This document shows, piece by piece, positions 52,663-64,000 of a stretch of 64,000 bases of DNA; position 1 is the first letter of the stretch; each line of letters opens with the position of its first letter. The stretch lies in contig NC_092675.1 of the NCBI RefSeq assembly GCF_964355755.1, positions 19,440,912-19,504,911 on the forward strand. Reading direction: 5' to 3'. Made by a program: the position numbers and the translations under genes. The notes under the pieces are model-generated. The model was not told the origin of the DNA. It saw nothing but the letters and a program-made list of their open reading frames with translations, and searched no databases. Source of the DNA: Antedon mediterranea. Taxonomy: Eukaryota > Animalia > Echinodermata.

Positions 52663-53320
52663 CTGAAAAGGAACAATGAACACTTGTTTATTCTGTATGA
52701 GACATTAAGCCTAAAGATTTGTTTACCTTGTTTTGTATTGGTTTGTAACAAAGATATAATAGTATCATATGGATTAGGATGCCGGGATCAGAATCAAACT
52801 AGTAGCATTTAGTAAAATACCGGTTGAATAGTATGAGCCTAGTAGTAGTAGGTATTGTAGTAACTTAGTTAAAAGTGTGGTCATTTTCTTACCCATAAAA
52901 GGAACAATAGGCTATGAAGAAGATTTCCTTTCCCCTAACTCATGTAATGTTAACTGATGTGTTGTTTTTGTTCTCCTCTTTTTGTTAGAAACTGCAAATT
53001 GCATTAGGACTTACTTTTAGGTTTGAACAGAATATAGTTTTTGATATTAATTATGTTTAGTCAATTATTTCAAACATTTTATTCTAGATTGAGTTTTGCT
53101 TGTTAAGTAGGCTTAACGTGTGTAAAATACAAACGGAATTCATTCGATTAACGAACTACAAAAATAGAGGGCGTGGGTTTATGTTTTTTTTAAACCAAGC
53201 CAGTGTAACTTGTTTTGTTAAATGTTAGGCATTAAGTATACATTGTTTCTAGTAAACGCAATTAAATATTACGTTCTTGAATCTGAAATTGATTTTGACC
53301 AAAATAAATGAAAGGCCTAC

Positions 53321-53428
53321 CTGCACAACTCGTACTGCGTCATACCGTATACGTGAATCTCACTACAGATACTTAAAGAGAGAAGCATCGTCTGCCATCC
53401 AGTTGTAAACCATGTTTTCAACTTTGAC
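53321..53428 (-). CDS. ST6GalNAc III-VI-like sialyltransferase, coding exon 3
   Basis: 108-nt phase 2-2 exon (tgtcag| ... |gtaggc) encoding sialylmotif S: TWFTTGWQTMLLSLSICSEIHVYGM. It is absent from the ORF track. Confidence 0.88.
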
Positions 53429-53569
53429 CTGACAGGAAATTATACGATACATTTAACATACATTTAATCACCCTCAGATCCGCCATATTTTCAAGTGAGA
53501 TAAGAACAGTGTATAATGTTTCGATTTTATCAATATTTTTTTTTAAAATTTAAGTGACATTATTTTTAC

Positions 53570-54003
53570 CTTTGAAAGCCAGTCTCGATCAGAAATATAT
53601 CCTCGACAACCATTAAAGCACGTTTTAAGGGAATGTAAAATTCCAGATTAGAAAACTGTTTCGATAACTTCTTTGCGATCATTATTTCAGGCCCAGTCAT
53701 GTTAACTGTATCATTATACAGCCAAGGCATTATAATAAGTGTATGGTTCGTTTTGTTTTTGCTAATTTCCCCCCGTGGATTTGGAAAGAGTAATTTTGAT
53801 TTGTTTTGCAAGAATTTAGCATTCGCGTTTCCGACTACTCGAATGTCTGTTCGTCTTCCGACATCTTTTTCGTATCCAGTCACCGGTGCGTTGTTCATTC
53901 GAATAACACAGTCTGATTCGTCAATTTTCATCCCGGCACTTTGATTTACAAGTCTGCCCGAACTCATGACAACTGCGCATGTGGAACATTTGCGATCTAA
54001 AGT
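53570..54003 (-). CDS. ST6GalNAc III-VI-like sialyltransferase, coding exon 2
   Basis: Sialylmotif L: CSTCAVVMSSG..IDESDCVIRMNNAPVTGYEKDVGRRT. Donor AG|GTAAAA at 53570/53569. The in-phase acceptor is tttcgag|. Confidence 0.9.
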
Positions 54004-54558
54004 CTCGAAATCAAGTGAATAAATATTAGCACTTTAAAAAACGGTTACGAATTTTTTTAAGAATTAAAATCAACAAACAAGATACGGTATTTAAAATGAC
54101 TTCCAAAACAGTTTTGCTTCCAAGTGTGTCTCCAATCTTAAACGTTTGGTGGACCAATTTTGTTTTAACAAACCTCTCTAGGCTAGGTGGTCTCCTTGAT
54201 TGTAAAAAAATTGTAAAAAATTCAAAAACCTGTTTAATTTCTGATTTAGGCTATAACAAACAATCACAGTTCCATTTTTTGATATATACATCAAATTTGA
54301 TTTAATCTACAAGATTTTAATCAAAGGTGGTTTGAAATTTGTTCAAATCAATAAGCGTGTAATATAAATAAGGCTCAACAGAAATGGGCTATTGTTGAAG
54401 AACTGAATTATACATAAAATTCAAATTTCGTTTTATAAGCTTTATATTATTTATAGACATGTTATTTATTTTATCTGTAATTAGCCTATATACTGAAAGT
54501 TGAAATTAAATAAAATGGGCTTCCCTTCCTCACGAAAATAAACTCCACAAGTTCTTAC

Positions 54559-54864
54559 CTGTTTTTTATATAAATGTGTATACATTTCGGCAAGATTCAT
54601 TATTAGCTGCGTAACCAATAGGTTTTTCTGAGATAAGTTAGGTGAGAACTTCGGCGGTAAAAAGTTTTTATTTTCTTGTGGAGTACGTAACGTCTGGATG
54701 TCATTCTTTTCTGCCGCCGATCGAAGACTAATAAGTTGGTTGAAGTCAAACGAACTTTGAGGGCGCAATGCATCATCTGATTTTATATACCGGTATATAA
54801 TAAACATGTTGAAAATTGAAAATATAACAATTGTGAATATCCATATCTTGTGTCGTTGTTGCAT
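54559..54864 (-). CDS. ST6GalNAc III-VI-like sialyltransferase, coding exon 1 (signal anchor and stem)
   Basis: MQQRHK followed by hydrophobic IWIFTIVIFSIFNMFIIY. Donor CAG|GTAAGA, phase 0. Acceptor at 54889 and a probable non-coding exon ending at 55359. The four exons give 421 aa. Confidence 0.82.
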
Positions 54865-57800
54865 ATCTATAACTCATGTAATCTATTTCTGTAAAATAAA
54901 ATCAAATCAAGAGCAGAAGTAATTTCTAATGTGATTATTTGAGAAGTTCCTCCACCACTCATACGCTCGTATATAATTTAGGTATGTGCGCCAGGTAAAA
55001 ATCAAAGGCGCTTATATTGGATGTTAAAAAGATGCGTTTTAAATTCTTTTTTAAAAATAGCAAAAGAATTTGAATGAGTAAAATGACGAGGGAGAGAATT
55101 CCAAAGAGGAGCAGCATATGTGCGTGTTTCCACTTTGTTTGCATGTTTCCATTTTGAGACCATTAGGCCTACAGCATCGAACCTTTCAGAATTCTGTGAT
55201 GATTCTATAGTAGCCGTATAATATTATATTGTGACAAATATTACTATTTGAACCATTTAATTTCCGGTTTCATCAGGGTATAAATGTAGGGCTACTTGTA
55301 TGAAAATTATCTATCATTAAACTGGAGGCCTAAGTATAAAAATAATATGAAAGCTTACCTATATTGAGTAACATAGCTAGGAACAGTGACGTGTAGACTT
55401 TGGAATGTCAAAACTAAATCGATATGGTGTTCTCGGTCACAGTATCATCGTATCTATCAGGACGAGTAAAAAATTGTATTGTTAATAATACCTCTTCAAT
55501 CTTGAACTTCAATTCTGAACAAATGTGGGCCCGGATGTCTCACCATAACTAGGTAGGCCTACTACTCTCGTTTATACAGGTGTATCAATAGTGGGTCTAT
55601 AGGTTATCATTATTCAAACAATACCGTCTGCTTTATAGATACACTATTTTGTGATGTCGAAATCGAGATATCAACCAAGATTGATAAAGAGAGATTATAA
55701 ATTAATATACTGGTAGCACATATGTCAACCACTGCGGATATGATATGAAAACCAAGGTGTCCGATACACAATTACAGTATGAGTCATACACACCGTAATG
55801 TTAAATCTTAATCATTACCAAATACATTATTAAAAATATATTGTTCTCCAAAAACATGAAAAATGAAGATTAATTAAATCAGACCTTGAATATGTTATTT
55901 TGTAGTTTTAATAATGTTATCACTTCAGTAGCAAAAAAATATGTTTTCACTTATAAAATGACAAAATTAATGGTTAAATTCAACCAAAAACCCATTGGCT
56001 GGCACCCAATTTGACCATTTTTTTGCTTTAAATTACAGTTTTTTCAGGTAAATACATTTTTTTTCAATCCAATTTTTGGTCTGGATAACTATTATGTTAC
56101 ATTAAGTGCAGAACAATATTTATACTATAAAAGGGATGAGATATATAATCAAGATAGAAATGTCTGTACTCACCTGATATTGTTTCTCCCATACGAGATA
56201 ATGGGATTCCAAAATTTTGTTAAGAATTATTTTTTCAGGGGGACAATACATCTTTCCATTAATTGTTAATAACAGCATAATTAATAACTTGTTTTTTATC
56301 GAGATTAAATTTTTAAATGTACATATGATTTATATGAACCAGCCCCATTGGGTCACCGTTGGTCACCTTTTGATGAAAAATGGGCTAATGACGCGACAGC
56401 GCTATCAAAATAAGGAAATTATTTCTTCACTAAACAAAACTAAAATGGACATAAAATATAGCCTACAACACAGTGAAAAAATCGATAAAATATTTTGAAT
56501 TGTAAACATGTAAAATTGTTAGAAAAATAAGTAAACCAAATATCAAAAACATACTTCCACATCAATCAATAACTTGGCTTCCACGGAGTGCCTCAAAGTA
56601 TTGGTACCCATAGCGTAGCAGCATCCAAAATAGAGATCCGAAAAGATCTAAGATGAATAATGAATAATACTGAGATGAGTTACACAGGCAGATGCACACA
56701 GCCAAGCCTCAAATCAATGATCATTATGCAATGCACGATTGCGTATTCTGCATATATTTATGGTTCTTTTTGTGAATGAAAAATGCAGATGAATGATGGG
56801 GAATAGAAGAAGCTTTCTGTTTCTGTTTCTGTTTTAATTTCTGTAACCAATTCAGGTTTTTTACTAGGAAATATACCCTTATTGGTAATTTATAATGTTT
56901 TTTTTTAACATATCGCCCTCAACACTACATTAAATTATCTTAAATCTATTTAAAAGGCGTACACTGAGCGCCCTCATATTTTACCAGTACCATTACACTT
57001 GCATTATTGCAGTACGTGTGGGCCCTACTACGGTTTTTTTTTTCAACCAAATTTTGTATAGTATTAGGCCTATATATTCTAACGAATTGTTTTTATTCTT
57101 GATATGATTGTTCTTAAATTATTAAACGTTTATGTAACATTTAACCTGTGTTTGTCTTTTATGAGCCCGTCCCACTTTTATTTCAATAAACGAAAAACCA
57201 AAACATCCGCCCGTTACAACTACAGGTACTGTCAACCGACATTGTTTATAAAAAATTATACTAGGTCTTTGTATTTTACATTCTTTTACAATCTTGACAC
57301 CAATTTGAACACATTACTTTGTTTAACATTTTGAATTTTTAAAGAACTTGTTTTCTGTAACTGATTTGTTTACACCATGCTTACATTCAGACACTTAAGA
57401 ATATATTTTAAAAAGCCCCAGTTCACAAATGTTGTGAACGCATGTGGGCTACAAAGTAATGAATTGAAAAGTGAAAATATCCCACAATATTAGGCCTAGT
57501 ATTAGTAAAGGGTCGCATTGTAGGCCCTATAGCGTGAAATACCAGTACCAGTACTACTACAAGACAACCAATCGGTGTTTCTTCTTTTCAACACGTGATG
57601 TTTAATAAGTAATCTTAGTCATTGTCGTCTTCACTCCCTCGACTCATTTCCATATAACAAGAGCTAAATTAATTGAATTCATACTTTTTCACATTCTTCA
57701 TAGGCGAGGTCAAATGAAGGTCTGGTCACGTTTCCATCTCGTCTCATGTCTTGATTAGTAAGCCAATCTTCATGGTCCACAGTAATGTAATCTACAACAT

Positions 57801-60800
57801 CTTTATATAACTAGAATCGTGCTGATTTAGTGTAATTAAATTAAGATAATATTTACTTTAATAGTTAAAGGTTACATTGTATGTTGACTTCTTGTTAAAA
57901 GTTTTACGTAGAAGTAGACATATATTAATCAAACTATATAGTAATTTATAAGGCCCGATTATTTCTATCATTATAATTAGAATTCATTGAGTTTGTTTGT
58001 TTTGTGAAGTGCGCCCTCTTTTCACCCAAACTTCAACTTCTTGGTTGGTACATTGATTTTAGTTATTGTTATTATTGAAGAATTGCTATTGCTATTTTTT
58101 ATTTTGAGAAATATTTTATGTTTGATTGAATACTATAATAACTCGCTACACTGTGCTGTACTACTTGTGTGATACTTACAGTGCGGTATTGTGTTCTTAT
58201 TTGCTACATTACTTTGCGCGCCATACTTGTGTGATCTACTTTGTTGCGCTACTTGGTCTGCTACTTGCGACCTATTGAATAGTTGTATAGGAGCTATTGC
58301 CAATAGTAAATTGGAGAGATTTTTTCAACTGTATGATAAATTGGTTTTCCATTTAATTCGAATTGTATTACTCAACTTCCATTGTATTTCTAATCATCCA
58401 CAGTACTACCCGTACGATGACCACAATACGCTTGTATACACTGTATCTATTTATCCAGCTGTCGTAAACGACAATACAGTTGTATGTGTTTTTGCTATTA
58501 AAACGTCTTAATAGATTGTGTTGATATGAGATATTGAAAATTATTTTACGCCTCATTGGCGAGCAATACAGTAGCTTATTTATTTCGACGATCGATATAG
58601 TTTCTGGATAATGCCATGTTATTTAAAGGAGAAAGTAGGCCTTTGGTTTCCTCTAATTGAGGTTGCATTTCTCCTAAATTAGAAACGAAATTCAATCAAT
58701 ATTGTATTAATCAAAATGAAATCCAGATGAGCTATATAGAAATTAAAAAAATGTAGAAAAAAATTCGAAGACTTATTTATGATAATTTAAACTTGTATAG
58801 GCCTACATGGACAGGGTTAATCAATACTGGTACTACAATCCTTTAAATAGTGTATAGTAGTCCATCGTCTGCATGCATTCAGTTGTTCAATCATGTCTCA
58901 ATCTTATAGTTTATTCCGATTCTATAGTTGTTCATTAATGAAATTACTAAATTGTGCATTTACAAGCTAGCTTGGTTCCCATTAGAACGCGCCAAGGACG
59001 TAAGTTCAACGCAATAATTTGACCACCAATCGTCGTCGTCATTGAATGCACGCGCAACACAAGTTTGTTTGTTTGTCCAATTTGCCCAATCACAATCATT
59101 CGAATTTCATTTTTGATTTGTCAAATTACTTTACGTTCTATGTTACGTCTATGGGAAACAAGATATATAATTGATACAAAAATTAAGTTTAATTACTGAA
59201 AATGTAGTTTATAATGGTGCATAATAACAAAGAATAACAGGTAATATAATATACATTAGCGATAGTCACATTTCTCCTGTTTTTAATTGGGAAAAGTATA
59301 ATAACGATTTTTTAATGGACCTTTTGAATGAGACTGAAAAGACTGAACCTTAACGGTGATTTACAATCTACTATCGATAATATATCTTTTATTTAATAGT
59401 ATTTCCATTCACTGTGGAATTACCACTACATTAGGCCAGTACTACACATAAGAGTTTCATCAAGGCTGTTTATTTAGTGCTTTACCTATTTCATATTTCA
59501 CATTAATTATGAGTTGAGTATAAACCAAGTATGGCGTTTAATTTGTTTTTCTTTTGTACTTTGCACTTATGCTTAAAAATAATATGACCACTTCTGAATG
59601 ATGTAGTTTGCTCGTACAGTAGCATACTGAGGCCTATGTGGTGCTATTATGCATTATGTTTATTTTATTTCCGTTTTTTGTGTCATGTGTATACGTATAT
59701 TGTATTATAAGAAACCTCAATAATCCAATTAAATTAAAATTCAAATCTAAAATGGCGACTAAAAGGTGAATCTAGTTTCATTTGTGTGTTTGTTCAATCC
59801 TCCTATTTTTTTATTTGTATTTAAGAGACAAGAAATATAATTTCATATCGTATTTCAATCAATAGAATCTCAAGGTCATTCATCATTTAATTTCCAATTA
59901 TTGAGACTTTAATCGTATATTTCAATGGAAATATTATTAGGATACGCATGTTTATAAGCATGTAACGTGAATGCTAGATATACGTTAAAGATTGAAATGC
60001 TGATTGGAATACGACGTCACATTCTGTTTTATTCGAGATCTTAATAACGATATGTTTATTAAACGCCATTTTATCATGTCAATTTTTCCATTTAGCTGAC
60101 TTAAATGTTTATATTCACATTTCTAAGACAATGTATTTTGATAAAAACACCTGTAATTCCTACTGTTCTGTGCTACTTCCGAGGCAGCTGATATGTTTTA
60201 TAACGCTTTATATACATTCATCTGCACTTTGTTTGACTAATGACAACGCGAAGTGTCCTAATAAAATCTAACATTATAATAATTAGTCTTGTCGTCTCGA
60301 CTAATATTTACATTCGCCTTCTTAATTAAGTATTGATTACTTTTACGTGTAATTATCACATCATAATTACCTAAACATTCAATAAATACCTCAGCTGTAC
60401 TACCGTAAACAAATATCAAAGTAGGCTAATGATAACTTGTCTTGTATTGTAACGTATGTGTTGATGTGTCGTGCCATTTTAGATCAAAATTTACATACCG
60501 TGTCCGAATTACTGAATTTGAAAAGACGTCACCCACCCTTGCTCTGCCAGTGCAAGCAAGGAAACCGTTTGACATGATTATTAATATTATTGTGGAAAAT
60601 TTAATTTCGGCCATGAAGCCATTCATGCTTGTATGAACATTTATATTTCAAAATGTCAATGGTATATCATAACGTAGGCCTACACTTTTGCATACTATCC
60701 ATATCATGAGCCAGGCAACAAAATATTGCACTGTAAGCATCCATCCCTTCTCCATCCCCTTTAATTTAGAAAAATAAATATTGAATATAATAATAGGACT

Positions 60801-61017
60801 ATAAATATAAATTGCCGTTTTGTAGATTACTATTATTATTCAACGTGCATTTATTAACTAACTTAAAGCTGCTGGCTTTGCGAATTCTAAAAATAATCTC
60901 AATCGTTACGCGTAGTATAATAAAGATAATTAATATTTCCGGTAAAGACTAAACTTGATGCATTAAGATATCGATGGAAACAGTATCTGGATCAAATATA
61001 ATCATTATATATTTTCA

Positions 61018-61765
61018 AGCTCTGTCTACACTATCAAACTAGTTTGACAAAAAAAAGTGTGATGTGCCCAAATATGGTAGTGATATTCCCAAATATAATA
61101 TCATGTCCATATACGGACACATCACATTTTGTTGTCACATAAAGTTTGATAGTTTAGACAGAGCTTAAGACTTGATTAGATGGATTCAACATACCATGCA
61201 ATACAGAAAAATAGGTTAAAAATCTACATTCCCATATAATTTTAACTGTAAGTATCAAGGCATTCATTAAGGATTTTTTCTAACGATGTCCTTGGCAATT
61301 AAAAATATTTGATGTATAGTTCATTTTAGTAGCCTTTGTCATTGTTTATAAAGTTTCTTTGGTAAAACATTCTCTGAGGTGTTTCCTTAACATCATCAGT
61401 TTGTTCGTCTGAGCTCTCCCTACACTAGCAAACTAGTTTTACAAAAAAAGTGTGATGTGCCCAAATATGGTAGTGATATTCCCAAATATAATATGTCTAT
61501 ATACGGACACATCACATTTTGTGGTCACATAAAGTTTGATAGTGTAGACAGAGCTTAAGACTTGATTAGATGGATTCAACATACCATGCAATACAGAAAA
61601 AAGTTAAAAATCTACATTCCCATATAATTCTAGTTCTAACTATTTCCGTGGAAATTAAAATATTTGATGTATAGTTCATTTTAGTAGCCTTTGTCATTGT
61701 TTATAAGGTTCCTTCGGTAAAACATTCTCTGAGGTGTTTCCTTAACATCATCAGTTTGTTCGTCT
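61018..61765. repeat. Tandem duplication of MITE + 3' UTR + last ~28 codons of the 414-aa ORF
   Basis: 61018-61410 matches 61412-61765. The MITE copies (TIR agctctgtctacactatcaaact) are at 61018-61165 and 61412-61555. Confidence 0.9.
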
Positions 61766-62925
61766 AAGCAAGTCGGTACAGGATACCTGGAAAATAAATC
61801 TGCTTTTGCTTCTTCGTACCTAAACTTTCCATTCTCAACAAAACTAGCTCTTCTTTTCATTAATAATTTAAATTCTTTTGCTTTAACCAACTGGGCTATA
61901 TGTCGGATGTTTAACATTGGTGTTTTGTTGTTATATTCTGAAGGTGCCATTTCTGCAATTTTGGATAGATTTTCTCGTACTATTAACCAACCTCTAGATT
62001 TTAGTAATTTAACCTTCTTGCTGTTGTCTTTTTCTGATATGTTTCCAGCATTTGAATGCATATCTCTAGCACTCTTATTTCGAACTAATGCATTCTTAGC
62101 TTGGAACCTTGTCTTTAAATTATTCCATCTCTTCTTCGAAGATTTTTTCTTTACATTTATTTTTGTATCATTGTTATTGTTGTCATTATTTCTTTCATTT
62201 TCTCCATTAAGTTGTTCAATGACTAGTGAGTATTCTTTGCTACCTGGTGACACAGAATCCATACTGCTTCGTCTTAACATATCAAGTTCAGACGCATCAT
62301 AATGTTTAGCAGCAAATAAATTATCCATACGTTGGGTGGTATAATCCAACATATTATGTACATCCAAACTTGTATAACATTGTCGTGAACACATACTCAG
62401 CCTGGACACTCTGTCCGGTATTTCTATCTCCATTTCCAATGATTTCTGTTGGTTTGTTTCGCGTCTGCTTGTTCCCCAAACCTCTTTTACAGGTTCGTTC
62501 TTGTTTTCAGTAGCCACTAAATCTGGTGTCGCCATTGAAGAATCACCGGTGGTAGGCCTGTACATCTTTGATCCTGTTGTAGGCCTACGAGTCCCTTCCG
62601 AATTAGAAACAAACAAACAAGTTTCAGGCCAACTTTCGGGATCCTCATATCCTTTAAGAACTCCAACAGTTTTTTGCTTAAATAGGCGACTCCTAACCTT
62701 CGTTCGTTTTTGGTGATTACCATCACCGTATTTTCTCGATTTTTTAGATCCACGATCAATATTTTCAGTGCTCGGTACAGTAAACCGTCTAATAAATAGC
62801 GGGCTAGGTGTTTTATCTCTACTACTTCTAAATTTTGGCTCTGTGACGGATCGTCGTAGAATTGACGATTTTTTTCGTACGTCAATTTCTTCTACATTTG
62901 AAAGATCCTGATCCTTCTCCGCCAT
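61681..62925 (-). CDS. Uncharacterised basic, largely disordered protein, 414 aa, single exon
   Basis: Long uninterrupted ORF in AT-rich DNA with a good start context (GCAATGG) and no transposon motifs. I recognise no family. Confidence 0.75.
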   Translation of the reverse strand: MAEKDQDLSNVEEIDVRKKSSILRRSVTEPKFRSSRDKTPSPLFIRRFTVPSTENIDRGSKKSRKYGDGNHQKRTKVRSRLFKQKTVGVLKGYEDPESWPETCLFVSNSEGTRRPTTGSKMYRPTTGDSSMATPDLVATENKNEPVKEVWGTSRRETNQQKSLEMEIEIPDRVSRLSMCSRQCYTSLDVHNMLDYTTQRMDNLFAAKHYDASELDMLRRSSMDSVSPGSKEYSLVIEQLNGENERNNDNNNNDTKINVKKKSSKKRWNNLKTRFQAKNALVRNKSARDMHSNAGNISEKDNSKKVKLLKSRGWLIVRENLSKIAEMAPSEYNNKTPMLNIRHIAQLVKAKEFKLLMKRRASFVENGKFRYEEAKADLFSRYPVPTCLDEQTDDVKETPQRMFYRRNLINNDKGY

Positions 62926-63692
62926 TGCACAATTGAATTACACGCTAAGCATTGAAGTGTACATTTATTTCCCTTTTTGAACACTTCAATTTTACTTCAT
63001 AATGCGAGAACAATCACACGATTATGCCCATCATCAATTAACAATTCTCCAATTAAAATCGAACGTCGTAAAATTGTGAATTCATTGTAAGGAAGTGCAT
63101 TTGCGCACTTGCACAGTGATAACATTCAGAAATGATAATGCAGTTCATTGAATTGGCGAAGATGAAACTTTCCAACGTTATTTTTTCTTCGATACGTCTT
63201 TTTACGAGTAGGCTATATAATGGTATGCATTAAAACAACATATGATACCATTACAGTCATATGAATCTTCAATCGTCCAATATTGTACGTTTTTGTGTAA
63301 TATTCTGAATAGATTGGTATTTGCTAAAGCCGGTGGCGAAATTCGATAAGGACTCTTACGCTGTTTACCATAAACAGTTTTCTCAAGCTAGAGTTTATCA
63401 TGAAAAGACTGCAAATGGCAATACATAAAAGAAGAATTGAAAAAATCATCTGAAAAAGAGTGTCAACACAATTTCACCGCCTTCTAAAATGACTTTCTGA
63501 AGCACATAGCGTGACGGAGCGGCGGTGATATTTTTAGTCGATATAGCGCCACCCATTAATTTCGCTTTACAAATTCACCTATCCGTAGTCCGTACTGGCC
63601 TATTAAATGGTATACAGTATAGGCCTACTACTGATTGGTTAACTCCATTATTATTGTCGCATTTGTTATATGTTATTGCCTTGGTCAGGTAA

Positions 63693-64000
63693 TATGGAAC
63701 GCCGTTTACGCAACATTTCGATGATATGAATTTTATGACGCGATATGTGAATGAAATGCATCGATATGAATTAAATGGTGCGATATATGAATGAAATGTT
63801 TTGAATTGAATGCTTTGAATTGAATATTTTGAATGAAATGTTTTGAATGAAATGTTTTGAATGAAATGTTTTAAATGAAATGTTTTGAATGAAATGTTTG
63901 AATTGAATTGATAAGTCAAACTATTGGTGGCGTATGTCATTCTCGCTCGCGATTATTTTCTCAACCTCTTAGGCCTAAGCCTGGGTACCCTCATCTCCTT
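63693..64000. mobile_element. One arm of the TATGG-ended element family, running off the window
   Basis: Same TIR and 14-bp array as 25450-25947, in the opposite orientation, continuing into sequence absent from that copy. Confidence 0.8.

Noticed and set aside
61907-62885. Overlapping antisense or alternate-frame ORFs (also at 18859-19726 and 53699-53944)
   Set aside because: They are shadows of the real coding frames.

Overview
AT-rich, intron-containing animal genomic DNA, not prokaryotic. A marine invertebrate deuterostome such as an echinoderm is my inference from the gene and repeat content. Four protein-coding genes are supportable: (1) a two-coding-exon LURAP1/FAM89-like adaptor (minus, 2752-6524); (2) a class A GPCR encoded in one exon (plus, 30472-31566); (3) a four-coding-exon ST6GalNAc III-VI-like GT29 sialyltransferase (minus, 52245-54864) with an unusual hydrophobic C-terminal extension; (4) a 414-aa ORF of unknown function (minus, 61681-62925). 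The rest is a mosaic of mobile DNA: a clean 5'-truncated CR1-type LINE, decayed L1/Tx1-, CR1- and Rex1-type LINE pieces, a ~9-kb Academ-type element containing a CACTA/EnSpm-like element, two non-autonomous Helitrons, several MITE families, SINE-like copies and minisatellites. The most striking unexplained signal is a window-wide excess of TAGGCCTA and its variants. At several sites these are short insertions with TA on both sides into otherwise conserved sequence, which resembles DNA-transposon excision footprints. Family assignments come from motif recognition only; no searches were run, and counts were made by eye.
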